This document shows, in pieces, positions 35,255 through 46,860 of a stretch of DNA of 64,000 nt. The position numbers were made by a program, and so were the translations under genes. This DNA comes from a candidate division Kazan bacterium GW2011_GWA1_50_15 (GTDB lineage Bacteria > Patescibacteriota > Kazan-3B-28): positions 6,903 through 70,902 of the forward strand of contig CP011216.1 in assembly GCA_001029795.1 (NCBI GenBank). Reading direction: 5' to 3'. Each line of letters opens with the position of its first letter. Within the stretch, counting starts at the first letter, position 1. The notes beneath the pieces are model-generated. The model did no database searches. It worked only from the letters and a program-made list of their open reading frames with translations, and was not told the origin of the DNA.

Positions 35255-36331
35255 ATGTCCAAGGATTATTATCAAATCTTAGGCGTGGCAAAAGGTGCCA
35301 CGCCTGATGAAATTAAACGAGCTTATCGGAAGCTCGCTTTAAAATACCACCCCGACAAGGGGGAGAACGGCAACGCTGATAAGTTCAAAGAGGTGAATGA
35401 GGCCTATCAGGTGTTGGGTAATGCCGATAAGCGTCAGCAGTATGACCAGTTCGGGCACAGCTTCGAAGGCGCCGGCCCGGGTTTCGGCGGATTTGATTTT
35501 AGTGGGTTTAACACATCCGACTTCGGCGGGTTTGAAGATGTTTTTAGCACTTTTTTTGGAGGTCGCACTTCCACTCCTCGGCGTAGCCGTGAAGATATTA
35601 AGCGAGGCGAAGATCTAGAGATAGCTATTGAGATATCGTTTGAAACCGCGGTGTTTGGCGGTACACAGACTATTCATCTCGCGAAAGACACATTATGTGA
35701 ATCTTGCGGGGGGACTGGTTCTATTAACAAGCAAATGAAGCGTTGCGCAAAATGCAACGGCAGTGGTCATGTTGAACAGGTGCGTCAAACTATGTTAGGA
35801 GCGATCCGTCAGAGTAAGACCTGCTCCGAGTGTAAGGGTTTGGGCGAGATGCCAGAACAGACTTGCCGGCACTGCACAGGCACGGGACGCACTAAACAGC
35901 CAGTAGCGGTCAAAGTAGAGATCCCTGACGGGATAGACGACGGCCAGACCGTTCGTGTGCCAGGGGCTGGAGGAGCTGGCTTCCGGGGCGGTAAGCCCGG
36001 CGATCTATATGTTACGGTTCGAGTTATTCCTAGTCGCGAATATAGGCGCGATGAATTTAATTTGTACAAAGTCGTAACCGTACCGTTTACGGTTGCGGCG
36101 CTGGGTGGCGAAGTAAAGACTCAGACTTTGGATGGAACTATCAATTTAAAGATTCCACCAGCCAGCCAGCCGGGTGACGTGTTGCGCGTGAAGGGTCACG
36201 GGGTACCAAAGATCAGCGCTACCGGCCGCGGCGACTTGTATTTAACAATAGAGATCCAAGTTCCAAAAAGGTTAACCTTAAAGCAACGAAAGTTGTTGCA
36301 GGAATTGAATAAAGAGTGGGGCAAGGAATAA
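35255..36331 (+). CDS. dnaJ: Chaperone DnaJ
   Basis: J-domain YYQILGV...HPDK, G/F region, four CxxCxGxG zinc repeats. Confidence 0.9.
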   Translation: MSKDYYQILGVAKGATPDEIKRAYRKLALKYHPDKGENGNADKFKEVNEAYQVLGNADKRQQYDQFGHSFEGAGPGFGGFDFSGFNTSDFGGFEDVFSTFFGGRTSTPRRSREDIKRGEDLEIAIEISFETAVFGGTQTIHLAKDTLCESCGGTGSINKQMKRCAKCNGSGHVEQVRQTMLGAIRQSKTCSECKGLGEMPEQTCRHCTGTGRTKQPVAVKVEIPDGIDDGQTVRVPGAGGAGFRGGKPGDLYVTVRVIPSREYRRDEFNLYKVVTVPFTVAALGGEVKTQTLDGTINLKIPPASQPGDVLRVKGHGVPKISATGRGDLYLTIEIQVPKRLTLKQRKLLQELNKEWGKE

Positions 36332-36398
36332 CTTTACTTTTACCCCCTTTTTTGGCACACTGGGGGCGACATTTTTCTAGGGTTTATAACTAGTTTAG

Positions 36399-36914
36399 AT
36401 GGTTCCAACATGGGATTTAGTACTGCTGGTCTTTGGGGGCGCTTCGGTTGTCTATGGTTTAATGTTGCGCGAAAGGGTGGTGGTGACTCTTCTTGGTGCC
36501 TATGCGGCGATGATCGTAGCCGACCGCTGGGGTGAGGCTATTTATCAAATGGTGACCAATCAGAGCGGAGCGGTCTTAAACGAGCAGTTCGTTAATGGCA
36601 ATATCTCGGTTTTCACGGTGCAGGTAATCCTGTTTGCTGCGGTACTCTTGATAGTGGCGTTAAAGGGCGGGATTCTTATTCACCCGGAGTCTCTAGGCAG
36701 CGGATTTATGTCGTATGGTGTGCTGGGATTGTATGGGCTGCTCTCGGCTACCCTGATCGCTTCGGCCGTACTGAGCTTTTTGCCAGCGGATCAACTCCAA
36801 GCGATCTACGACCATTCCCGGTCGGCCAAGTACCTGGTCGACTACCAAACCTGGTTACTGATAGCTCCCTTGTTGGTGATGTTGGTATCGGGATGGGGGT
36901 ATAAGGCGGACTAG
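36399..36914 (+). CDS. Hypothetical membrane protein
   Basis: Multi-TM ORF. Confidence 0.35.
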   Translation: MVPTWDLVLLVFGGASVVYGLMLRERVVVTLLGAYAAMIVADRWGEAIYQMVTNQSGAVLNEQFVNGNISVFTVQVILFAAVLLIVALKGGILIHPESLGSGFMSYGVLGLYGLLSATLIASAVLSFLPADQLQAIYDHSRSAKYLVDYQTWLLIAPLLVMLVSGWGYKAD

Positions 36915-36993
36915 GCAGAGTAGCGGTTAGCATCTAGCGGCTAGCATCTAGGAGAGCCGCTTTCAAATACTAAATACTAGATACTTCTTCAGA

Positions 36994-37386
36994 ATGCAGA
37001 TCAAATTTCTGGGGTTAAAAGGAGAGAATGTGCCGTGGCTCCAATGGAGCCGGTTTAAACGTCAGGAAGATAGTCTATTTGTGTTTATCTGGAGCGCGGT
37101 GCTCTTGCACGTGATATTTTGGGTGTTGTGGTATTTCTTTATCGCTCCCTATCCGATAGCTCTGACCATCCCGCTGGCCGCTAACTTAGGCCAGTTCAAT
37201 TTTTTGTATGACTACTTCTGGCCGTTGGCTAACACCTGTATCCTGGCTCTGAATACGACTTTAGCTTTTAGGATATATCGGAAGGACATCTTCTCGGCCT
37301 GGCTCTTGATCGGGGCCAACATTTTTTTGCAGATAGTCGTACTGGCCATTACCCTGTTTCTTATATCTTTTAGCCGTCCCGTCTAA
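36994..37386 (+). CDS. Hypothetical membrane protein
   Basis: Multi-TM ORF abutting the GT2 gene. Confidence 0.35.
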   Translation: MQIKFLGLKGENVPWLQWSRFKRQEDSLFVFIWSAVLLHVIFWVLWYFFIAPYPIALTIPLAANLGQFNFLYDYFWPLANTCILALNTTLAFRIYRKDIFSAWLLIGANIFLQIVVLAITLFLISFSRPV

Positions 37387-39041
37387 TGTTAAGTCCTGCC
37401 GCTCGTCGGTTTTGGGAGATCTTGCCGGGTGCCATCAGTTGGACAGTTTTATTGGCTCCGTTCGCTATGTCGTTCTTGTGGCCGGCGGGGGTGGCCTATT
37501 TTATTATCGTGTTTGATGTCTATTGGCTAGTTAAAGCCCTGGTGATGGGCGGTCACCTGATATTTGGCTATGTCCATATGCAGAGGGCCATGCGCATCGA
37601 TTGGTTGGATCGGTTAACGCAAACCGAGGATATGGAGGCCTTTGGCGATGACCTGTTGCGCCGATTCCATTTGGCGCGAGGCTTTGAAGCCAGGCGTTTA
37701 AAGGAAGAGTGGGAGCAGGTTGAAGTGATACGGCGCAGTCCCGAGATACGCAAAGATTGGCGTCAAGTAACCCATGCGGTTATCTACGCCATCTACAAAG
37801 AAAGTTTCGAAGTGGTGGAGGGCAGTCTCCGTGCGTGTTTTGAGAGCAACTATCCGAAAAATAAAATGGTGATAGTGCTGGCGTTGGAGGAGCGGGCAGG
37901 AGCGCCAGCGTTGGCCGTGGCTAAACGGGTCCAGGAAACATTCACTGGCGTATTCCAAGATATCTTAGTGACGGTGCACCCTGATGGCATTGTGGGCGAG
38001 CTGAAGGCTAAGGGAGCCAACGTCTACCACGCTGGGCAAGAGCTGAAAAAATACGCGGACGGCAAACAGTGGCAATACGATGATGTGATGGTGTCCTGTT
38101 TCGATGCCGATACTCTGCCGAGCCGGCAGTATTTCGCCAACGTCACTTACAACTATATTTTGGCGCCGGAGCGGACATATCGCAGCTATCAGCCCATCCC
38201 GCTGTTTAACAACAACATCTGGGATGTGCCGGCGATCAATCGGTTAGTGGCGTTCGGTTCATCTTATTGGCAGATGATCGAATCTACGCGCCCGCATCGT
38301 TTAGTCAACTTCTCATCTCAAGCGATGAGCTTAAAGACATTGGTAGATATTGATTTCTGGGATCGGGCGGTGGTGAGTGAGGACTCCAAGCAGTTTTATC
38401 GGGCTTTCTACCAGTATCGCGGCAATCATCGCGCCATTCCTATCTTTACGCCGGTTTCAATGGACGCGGTGTTAGGACGGACTTATTGGGACACGTTAAA
38501 GGCGCAATACATTCAAAAACGCCGGTGGGCGTGGGGGATAGAGAACTTTCCCTATGCGATAGAGAAGTTTTTCACTATGCGCGGTCTGATGACCTTGCAG
38601 GATCGCATCATCCATCCCTTCCGGATGTTAGAAGGCCATGTATCGTGGGCGACCTCGTCTCTTTTGATCGCGCTGGGCGGGTGGCTGCCGATCCTGTTGA
38701 ACATGGACTTTCGGAGTTCGATCTTGGCCTATCACTTGCCGGTGTTGGCCAGAAATCTTTTAAGCTTAACGTGGCTGGGAATAATCATCTCTACAGTGAT
38801 AGCTTTTCAGCTGCTTCCGCCTCGGCCAGCCAAGTACGGTAAAGCTAAAGTAGCCGAGATGCTAGTGATGTGGGTGTTAGTTCCAATCTCTGGTATCTTC
38901 TTTGGTTCTGTTCCAGCCATCGACGCGGAGACGCGATTAATGTTGGGCAAATACTTAGGTTTCCACGTAACTGCCAAAGAACGCAAGACCGTGTTTGCGC
39001 CTGCTTCGGTGGATAAAACCGTGGCCTCCAGAGTGGCCTAA
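37386..39041 (+). CDS. Family 2 processive beta-glycosyltransferase (cellulose/chitin/hyaluronan-synthase-like membrane GT)
   Basis: CFDADT (DxD), QxxRW as IQKRRWAWG, N- and C-terminal TM clusters. Confidence 0.6.
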   Translation: MLSPAARRFWEILPGAISWTVLLAPFAMSFLWPAGVAYFIIVFDVYWLVKALVMGGHLIFGYVHMQRAMRIDWLDRLTQTEDMEAFGDDLLRRFHLARGFEARRLKEEWEQVEVIRRSPEIRKDWRQVTHAVIYAIYKESFEVVEGSLRACFESNYPKNKMVIVLALEERAGAPALAVAKRVQETFTGVFQDILVTVHPDGIVGELKAKGANVYHAGQELKKYADGKQWQYDDVMVSCFDADTLPSRQYFANVTYNYILAPERTYRSYQPIPLFNNNIWDVPAINRLVAFGSSYWQMIESTRPHRLVNFSSQAMSLKTLVDIDFWDRAVVSEDSKQFYRAFYQYRGNHRAIPIFTPVSMDAVLGRTYWDTLKAQYIQKRRWAWGIENFPYAIEKFFTMRGLMTLQDRIIHPFRMLEGHVSWATSSLLIALGGWLPILLNMDFRSSILAYHLPVLARNLLSLTWLGIIISTVIAFQLLPPRPAKYGKAKVAEMLVMWVLVPISGIFFGSVPAIDAETRLMLGKYLGFHVTAKERKTVFAPASVDKTVASRVA

Positions 39042-39045
39042 TAGT

Positions 39046-39711
39046 CTACATATCCAAGCGATACTCAGCCCAGAACTTTTGGCCGGGCCGATTTTTGCGA
39101 ATCAGCTGATAGATCTCCATAACCCCCGGCATCAACCGACCGCTCGTGATAGGCAGCTTGGACCAGAAACACTTACCCATGATAGTTTGCGGGCGTAGCG
39201 TGCCGGATAGATGGCTGGTAGTGAAGATGTGGCAGAGCATATGGGCCAGTAACTCGCCTTGATCGTTGATGACTAAATAAACATCACCGCGATGAGTTAG
39301 TCTTGCGACCAAGTCGGTTTTTTCCATTAACTCGCGAGTAGCGGCCGTAGTGAGAGTTTCGCCCAAATGAGTTTTGCCGTAAGGGAATCCGCACATACCA
39401 TAGAACGGTTGGTGATGACGTTTATAGAGAAGATATTCCCCCTTGGCGTTTTTGCAAACTATTAGAGTAACTATCTTTGGCTGCACTCGCGGCCGAAAAT
39501 GCTTCAAGCTAAGTTTGTCGACATAACGGCGGCCGCGCGCGGACAAGTCGTAGAGATGTTCGCTGGTTTTAGTTACCAACCCTTGTTTGATCAAAAGATT
39601 TAAGTGGTAGGTAAATAAATTACCTTCCACTTCGCGAGGCTTGATCTCGGAGTATTTTAATCCCGGGTTAAAGGTCAGCCGGGCCAAGATCTGCTTTTCG
39701 AGGATATGCAT
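39046..39711 (-). CDS. NUDIX hydrolase with N-terminal winged-HTH
   Basis: Nudix box GKTHLGETLTTAATRELMEKT. N-terminal LARLTFNPGLKYSEI...LIKQGLV wHTH. Start set at the internal Met. Confidence 0.5.
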   Translation of the reverse strand: MHILEKQILARLTFNPGLKYSEIKPREVEGNLFTYHLNLLIKQGLVTKTSEHLYDLSARGRRYVDKLSLKHFRPRVQPKIVTLIVCKNAKGEYLLYKRHHQPFYGMCGFPYGKTHLGETLTTAATRELMEKTDLVARLTHRGDVYLVINDQGELLAHMLCHIFTTSHLSGTLRPQTIMGKCFWSKLPITSGRLMPGVMEIYQLIRKNRPGQKFWAEYRLDM

Positions 39712-39853
39712 ACCTCCATCATGGCACAGGTCGGCAGGGGGCTGACAAGTCAAATTAATTTGAGTCAAAAATGCTTGGCTAGACGCTATTTCTGCGCTTG
39801 CCTACGCTTAAGAGGGAAGCGTTCTTTACCAATTAGATCGAAGGAGAGTAGAG

Positions 39854-40483
39854 ATGATCATGTCTGAAAGCAGCATTCTGGAGTTGTTGAACGGCCTAGG
39901 CCATAGAGCGATGGATCTGACCCGCCAGCGTGACGACTTGCGTGTGGAGGCAGAGCCGATCGTGGACGTGGCCGATCAGCTGAGACAGAAGCTGACCAAT
40001 GCCGAAACGAGTTTGCTGGTGGCCCAAGACACTCTGCAGGAGTGGAAGGTACTCTTGCTGACAGCGAAGCTGGCTGACCGAGGATTGGGTTGGTGCAGCC
40101 AGTGTCTTCGGGTGGTGGAGAGCCCTAACTTTATGTGGGTGGAAGTGATTTACAAGGGCACTTCGCATCACCACGAAAGCTGGGATGGCGAGCGGACTGA
40201 GTACAGCCTGAAACATCTATGTGCGGCTTGCCAGGCGGCCGTGAAAGAGCAGTACAAGCGGTTCTATCCGTCGGAGGTAGAGGTGATAGATGGTCGCTGG
40301 GGAGTACGCTGCGGGGGGACTAATATGTGGATCCCGGCAGCTGAGGCGTGCGCTGGACGGCTGTTCAATCTGACCGCCACCCACCCCCAAAAGGCGTTTC
40401 TGCCCCAGAGCCATATCTTTAAGGAGCTTTGGGCTGAGCACTGCTCATCTTTGCTCTGGTTGGACCAGTCGGTCCCAGCCTAG
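39854..40483 (+). CDS. Hypothetical Cys-rich protein
   Basis: ORF with CSQC...CAAC pairs, followed by a terminator. Confidence 0.35.
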   Translation: MIMSESSILELLNGLGHRAMDLTRQRDDLRVEAEPIVDVADQLRQKLTNAETSLLVAQDTLQEWKVLLLTAKLADRGLGWCSQCLRVVESPNFMWVEVIYKGTSHHHESWDGERTEYSLKHLCAACQAAVKEQYKRFYPSEVEVIDGRWGVRCGGTNMWIPAAEACAGRLFNLTATHPQKAFLPQSHIFKELWAEHCSSLLWLDQSVPA

Positions 40484-40500
40484 TACCTTGCTGCGGCTCA

Positions 40501-40535
40501 GCCGCCTCGTTATGCGACGAGGCGGCTTTTTCTTG
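40501..40535 (+). terminator. Rho-independent terminator
   Basis: gccgcctcgttatgcgacgaggcggc hairpin + ttttt. Confidence 0.6.
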
Positions 40536-40792
40536 TTGCCTAGCCGTCTATTGACAGAGGTAAGAGATGGGCGTATCTTACCTCTTGGTATACAAGTAAT
40601 CTTTTAAAAGGAGTCTAAACAGGGTTTCTAACCCCGACTTGTCGGGGTGATAGAGGTCCACCGGTTCCTGAAAGTCAGGAGCTGCGTTTTGTTTGTTCGT
40701 CCTAGATTACTTGGCAACGTACTTTTCCAACCAGAGAGCACTCAGTGAGCTTTAGTTTTGTTGGTTAACTTGTCCGTTTAATAACGGACACA

Positions 40793-42675
<1,883 letters not shown>

Positions 42676-43153
42676 CTAGGGAGACAAATCCAATGTTTGG
42701 TGATCTTGCACAAAGAAAATCGAACATTCATTTCTTCCAAGAAATTGGTCGGCCCTGCCTTCGGGCAGGGGATAGATAGTTCGCTGAGTGCTCTCTGTGT
42801 GGAAGGGTTTTCTATAGAGATTCCGGCGAAAGCAGGGGTTTCTTTATGTTGTTTATTTTTCAAGCGTTCTCACCGCGCTTGACCCGGTGGCAACTTTTCT
42901 AGAAAAGTTGCACAAAAGTTCCCGCCAGTCGCTTTCGCTATTCAGCACAAACAATCCGTTCATCTGCTTATCACCAAACTCGCTACGCTCAAACATGGGC
43001 ACGCAGATTTGAACGATTGTTTGACTTCAGGACGCTCAAGCCCCAATGGCGGATGGAGATATGCTAACCCAATTTGCTCGATGGGTCCCAATAAGAAAGG
43101 ACGACCTTATACCAAAGGGCCGGATAGGGAATAGACAATTTGCTTAACAGGGG

Positions 43154-43774
43154 TTAACTAATGGCCGACTTGATCGCTTCTAAAAAGATATTGGCATTGT
43201 CGGTAGCATTTTCTTTGCCACTGAAGTGTCCAGCATGGTTGTAGGTAATAAGCCTGGCTCCTAATTCTTTACTTATATCTACCGCCTGTTGATAATCGAT
43301 GGTGTCGTCATCTTTTGAATGGATGACAATGAAGTGATTGGCTAAATTTTTAATTTTCTTGATATCTAACTTATATTCAAAGAAGCTAGCATAGTGCTGA
43401 TCTTTTCTATCGCGATTTGTTTCAATATCATTATTGAAAGTGGCTATCAGAATAACCGTGTCTACGACTACGTTGTATTGGTCGAGATATAAAAGAATAG
43501 CTCTAGTTCCCAAACTATGGCCGACTAGGACAATTGGCAGGTTGGTATTTTTAATTTCTCGGTTAATAGTTTCTAACCACTCTTTGGCCTGTGGGTCTTC
43601 GTCGCCCGGTAGAGCGGGGATAGCATATTCAATGCCTAAGCGGTTGAGTTCCTCGGCAATGATTTGGTACCTCTGTTTACTGGGGGAAGAAGTATATCCA
43701 TGGACTAGAACAACTTTTTCATAGCGTTTTTTGGTGGACCCGGGCGGACTTCCGCCGGCGTTCACTCTCATCAC
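43154..43774 (-). CDS. Alpha/beta serine hydrolase, YdeN/RBBP9-like family
   Basis: VVLVHGYTSSP...VLVGHSLGT nucleophile elbow GHSLG, with Asp/His downstream. Confidence 0.55.
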   Translation of the reverse strand: MMRVNAGGSPPGSTKKRYEKVVLVHGYTSSPSKQRYQIIAEELNRLGIEYAIPALPGDEDPQAKEWLETINREIKNTNLPIVLVGHSLGTRAILLYLDQYNVVVDTVILIATFNNDIETNRDRKDQHYASFFEYKLDIKKIKNLANHFIVIHSKDDDTIDYQQAVDISKELGARLITYNHAGHFSGKENATDNANIFLEAIKSAIS

Positions 43775-43882
43775 AAATAGGTCATTTGCCTCTTATGATA
43801 TAGATATCACTTTGGCGGACCTTGCTTCTCGTCCGTCCATATTCATAATAACAAAACAGAGCCAGACAGCTCGGTTTCGTTA

Positions 43883-43958
43883 TGGTGGACCCGGGCGGAC
43901 TCGAACCGCCTACCTCCGCATTGCAAATGCGATGTTCTACCGGGTGAACTACGGGCCC
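43883..43958 (-). tRNA. tRNA-Ala (anticodon TGC)
   Basis: Reverse complement gggcccgtagttcacccggtagaacatcgcatttTGCaatgcggaggtaggcggttcgagtccgcccgggtccacca. G3-U70 identity pair present. Confidence 0.8.
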
Positions 43959-44179
43959 TAAATCCCAAAGAAGCCAAGCGTAACGCGGTCAAATCCTATC
44001 AGAAAACCCAGAGCTATGGCAATCAGACCGAACAAGATGTAGGCGGTGTAGGTCCCGCCGCCGCCCAGATAACGCTCTGCCCAGCCGATTTTGAAACCGA
44101 TCAGTTCCGCTACCTTGCGGTGATAGATGACGAGAAGGATGCCGCCGAATACGCCCAGTACAAAGAAGAAAAATCTCAT
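43958..44179 (-). CDS. Small hypothetical membrane protein
   Basis: Two TM helices. The long ORF extends into the tRNA-Ala, so it is trimmed to MRFFFF.... Confidence 0.35.
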   Translation of the reverse strand: MRFFFFVLGVFGGILLVIYHRKVAELIGFKIGWAERYLGGGGTYTAYILFGLIAIALGFLIGFDRVTLGFFGI

Positions 44180-44243
44180 ATAGGCATTATAGCAACTTCG
44201 TTGCTGGACGTTGGTTTTTCTGCTAATCTGGCTGGTGTTGACG

Positions 44244-44320
44244 GGCGTGTAGCTCAGTTGGTTAGAGCGCTGTCCTGATAAGACAGAGGTCCCTGGTTCG
44301 AATCCAGGCACGCCCACCAG
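44244..44320 (+). tRNA. tRNA-Ile (anticodon GAT)
   Basis: gggcgtgtagctcagttggttagagcgctgtcctGATaagacagaggtccctggttcgaatccaggcacgcccacca. Confidence 0.85.
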
Positions 44321-44348
44321 ATATTCCGCTCCCAGAGCGGGTTTTTGC

Positions 44349-44377
44349 TTGACTTGAATCCGATTTTGCGATATAAT
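44349..44377 (+). promoter_or_regulatory. Consensus sigma70-type promoter (TTGACT-17-TATAAT) followed by a hairpin (44388-44410)
   Basis: ttgact 44349-44354, tataat 44372-44377. ggtgcccgttacgggcggcacc hairpin lies downstream, before the 44464 ORF. Confidence 0.5.
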
Positions 44378-44463
44378 GAAAATGATTGGTGCCCGTTACG
44401 GGCGGCACCTTGATACTCTAAATTCCGGGACCATGGGGTCCATCGTAAAGGATGTGATGAACA

Positions 44464-45465
44464 GTGGGGAAGAGCAACAAGCGGCGGGGTGCCGTGCCGA
44501 TTAATGTGGTCACGATGCACGAGCGGCCACATCTGGATGAGATCTGCGCGCTGTGGATGCTGCAACGCTTTGGGGAAAAGTTGTTCCCTGGAGTTGGTGA
44601 GGCTAAACTGGTTTTTACTACCAACGGAGCACGTTGCCAAAAAACTCCTGAGCAGTTGGAGTCAGAGGGTATTCTGTTGCTGGGCTGCGGGGGAGGCCGC
44701 TTCGACGATCACCGTGAGATGCCAGAGATCGGACAAGTGAGGCAACGCTGTACCGCCGATCTGGTAGCTGAGTATCTAGGGGTGGATCAAGTTCCGGAAC
44801 TTACGCCATTGCTTGATTTTGTCCGGAGAACGGATTTGGGCAAAGCACAACCGTTCGATTTATCGTCGCTAGTTAAGATGTATCATGCTGAGCCCAGTCT
44901 CTCGGGTGGCGATGTTGTGGATCTTGTAATGATCGCTCTGAACGCCAACTACATCAGTCAGCAAGCTTTCCACGACGGTGCCAGACGGGATCTGGAATCG
45001 GCTAAACGCCGGGAAGTACAAGATCCACGGACAGGAAAGACTTGGTTGATTATCTATGGTCAGTCGAATGACGAGAGATTCGCCAAGTCGGCGAGATTCT
45101 ACATCAAGAACACGGCTCTTGTTGTCCAGCAAACTACCAAGGGCAATATCCAAATCTTTGGGAGCGATAAGTTGAAGTTCAAGCTGTTCGGGTTGGCTGG
45201 AGCACTGCGGAAGCTCGAGGAGGAAATTCGGCTGGGCGAGGTTCAGGAGATTGACCCCAAGAAGCGGATGGTAGCTGGCAAAATGCATGAACTGGATGTC
45301 TGGTATATGCACGAGTCCGGCACCTTGCTCTTGAATGGGTCGTTGACGACGCCCGATGTCGATCCGACCAAGATCGATCTAGAGGCGATCGCCGACACGG
45401 CGGTCAAAAGTCTGCAGATTTTCTTTGGCCCAGACAAGACGAACCCAAAGAAGCCTCGAAGTTGA
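44464..45465 (+). CDS. Metal-dependent hydrolase, possibly MYG1/UPF0160-like
   Basis: N-terminal TMHERPHLDEICALWML resembles the MYG1 H....H.DE..A..LL motif, and the size (333 aa) fits. Weak. Confidence 0.35.
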   Translation: MGKSNKRRGAVPINVVTMHERPHLDEICALWMLQRFGEKLFPGVGEAKLVFTTNGARCQKTPEQLESEGILLLGCGGGRFDDHREMPEIGQVRQRCTADLVAEYLGVDQVPELTPLLDFVRRTDLGKAQPFDLSSLVKMYHAEPSLSGGDVVDLVMIALNANYISQQAFHDGARRDLESAKRREVQDPRTGKTWLIIYGQSNDERFAKSARFYIKNTALVVQQTTKGNIQIFGSDKLKFKLFGLAGALRKLEEEIRLGEVQEIDPKKRMVAGKMHELDVWYMHESGTLLLNGSLTTPDVDPTKIDLEAIADTAVKSLQIFFGPDKTNPKKPRS

Positions 45466-45473
45466 ACATTGAA

Positions 45474-45503
45474 AAAGGGGGCGGCAACGGCCGCCCCCTT
45501 AAT
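45474..45503. terminator. Bidirectional rho-independent terminator between convergent genes
   Basis: gggggcggcaacggccgccccc hairpin flanked by A- and T-runs. Confidence 0.6.
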
Positions 45504-45514
45504 TTATCTACAAC

Positions 45515-46075
45515 CTATTTCTCCCAGTATTTTTCCTCAATATGTCCGGCAAAGTATTCGTGGCGTTCTAGGGTAAAAAGTAAGTCCGATAGCCGGTTGA
45601 AAAATTTGCGGATGGCTGGGTCGACATCTTCGATCTCGGATAACGCTACTATCATGCGTTCGGTCCGGCGGCAGGTGGTGCGGGCGACTGACAAAAACGC
45701 GCCGGCCTTGTTCTGTCCGGGGACAATGAAGGTGGAAATGGGCGGCAGGTCTTGGGCAAAATAGTCGATGCATTTTTCTAACCCCGTGACATCCGCTTCG
45801 GTCATCACTGGTAGACGAGCGGGGTCGGTGTTGTTTAAGGGACTGGCCAGAATCGAGGCCGTGTTCATCAGTTTATGCTGGAGGCGTTCCAGCAGTTTTT
45901 TAATGTCCGATACATTGGAAAAAACTTTGGCCACTCCGATAGCGGCATTGAGTTCGTCGATGGTGCCGTAGGTCTGAACCCGGAGCGAGGTTTTGCTAAC
46001 CCTGGGTCCCCCAAATAGGCCGGTAGTGCCATCGTCGCCTTTGCGGGTATAGATCTTAGGTAGGTCCATGACCAA
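45515..46075 (-). CDS. PduO-type ATP:cob(I)alamin adenosyltransferase family protein
   Basis: IYTRKGDDGTTGLFGGPRVSKTSLRVQTYGTIDELNAAIG matches the PduO/MMAB N-terminal signature. Confidence 0.7.
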   Translation of the reverse strand: MVMDLPKIYTRKGDDGTTGLFGGPRVSKTSLRVQTYGTIDELNAAIGVAKVFSNVSDIKKLLERLQHKLMNTASILASPLNNTDPARLPVMTEADVTGLEKCIDYFAQDLPPISTFIVPGQNKAGAFLSVARTTCRRTERMIVALSEIEDVDPAIRKFFNRLSDLLFTLERHEYFAGHIEEKYWEK

Positions 46076-46107
46076 TCATTCTACCAGGCCTCTGTTAGAA
46101 TTAAAAT

Positions 46108-46860
46108 ATGGCGACTATCAAAACATCAGGGATAGTTATCCGCAAACTTAACTTGGGCGAGGCAGATAAGATCCTGACCGTGCTGACCCGAGACCGGGGC
46201 AAGATTCGGGTGCTGGCTAAGGGGGTTCGGCGGCCAAAGGCCAAATTGACCGGGTTTGCAGATTTGTTCCAGCACAATGATTTTATTCTCGCCGAAGGCC
46301 GCAACTGGGATATTGTCACCGCCGCGACTACAGTTGAGCGGCTCGTTGGTGACGACACCGATTTGGGGCAGATCGGTTTGATGTACTATGTTTGTGAGCT
46401 GGTTGACAAATTAATCGAAGAAACCCAGACAGTAGCAGGCAGTTTTGAACTACTTCGCGAAACGTTGGCTTATATTAAACATCATCCGGAGTCCAATGCG
46501 GTGCGGGCGTATTTTGAAATGAAGCTACTGACGATGCTGGGTTTTGCGCCGGAGTTGGGACATTGTATCATCAGTCGTTCGTCGCTTAACGAAGATCAGC
46601 CAATTTATTTCAGTGCGCATCTGGGAGGACTAGTATCAGAGGCGCACAGATCGGCGGATGATTTTGCCAGACCGATATCGGTCAATGGGGTGAAATGGCT
46701 GCGGTTGCTGCAGCGGTATCCTCTGGGAGGGATAGATAAAATAACGATTGAACCGGGCGTGGCCAAGGGAGCCAATCAATTATTGGCGGACTTTGTCGAG
46801 TACGCGACGGAGGTCAAGACCAAATCACTATCAGTTTTAGCGGAGCTGGAAAGCGACTAG
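46108..46860 (+). CDS. recO: DNA repair protein RecO
   Basis: N-terminal OB-fold pattern GIVIRKLNLGEADKILTVLTRDRGKIRVLAKGVRR and a C-terminal zinc/helical region. Confidence 0.75.
   Translation: MATIKTSGIVIRKLNLGEADKILTVLTRDRGKIRVLAKGVRRPKAKLTGFADLFQHNDFILAEGRNWDIVTAATTVERLVGDDTDLGQIGLMYYVCELVDKLIEETQTVAGSFELLRETLAYIKHHPESNAVRAYFEMKLLTMLGFAPELGHCIISRSSLNEDQPIYFSAHLGGLVSEAHRSADDFARPISVNGVKWLRLLQRYPLGGIDKITIEPGVAKGANQLLADFVEYATEVKTKSLSVLAELESD

Noticed and set aside
36925-36960. Short tandem duplication tagcatctagcggc x2
   Set aside because: Only two units. It was not interpreted as a CRISPR or regulatory array.
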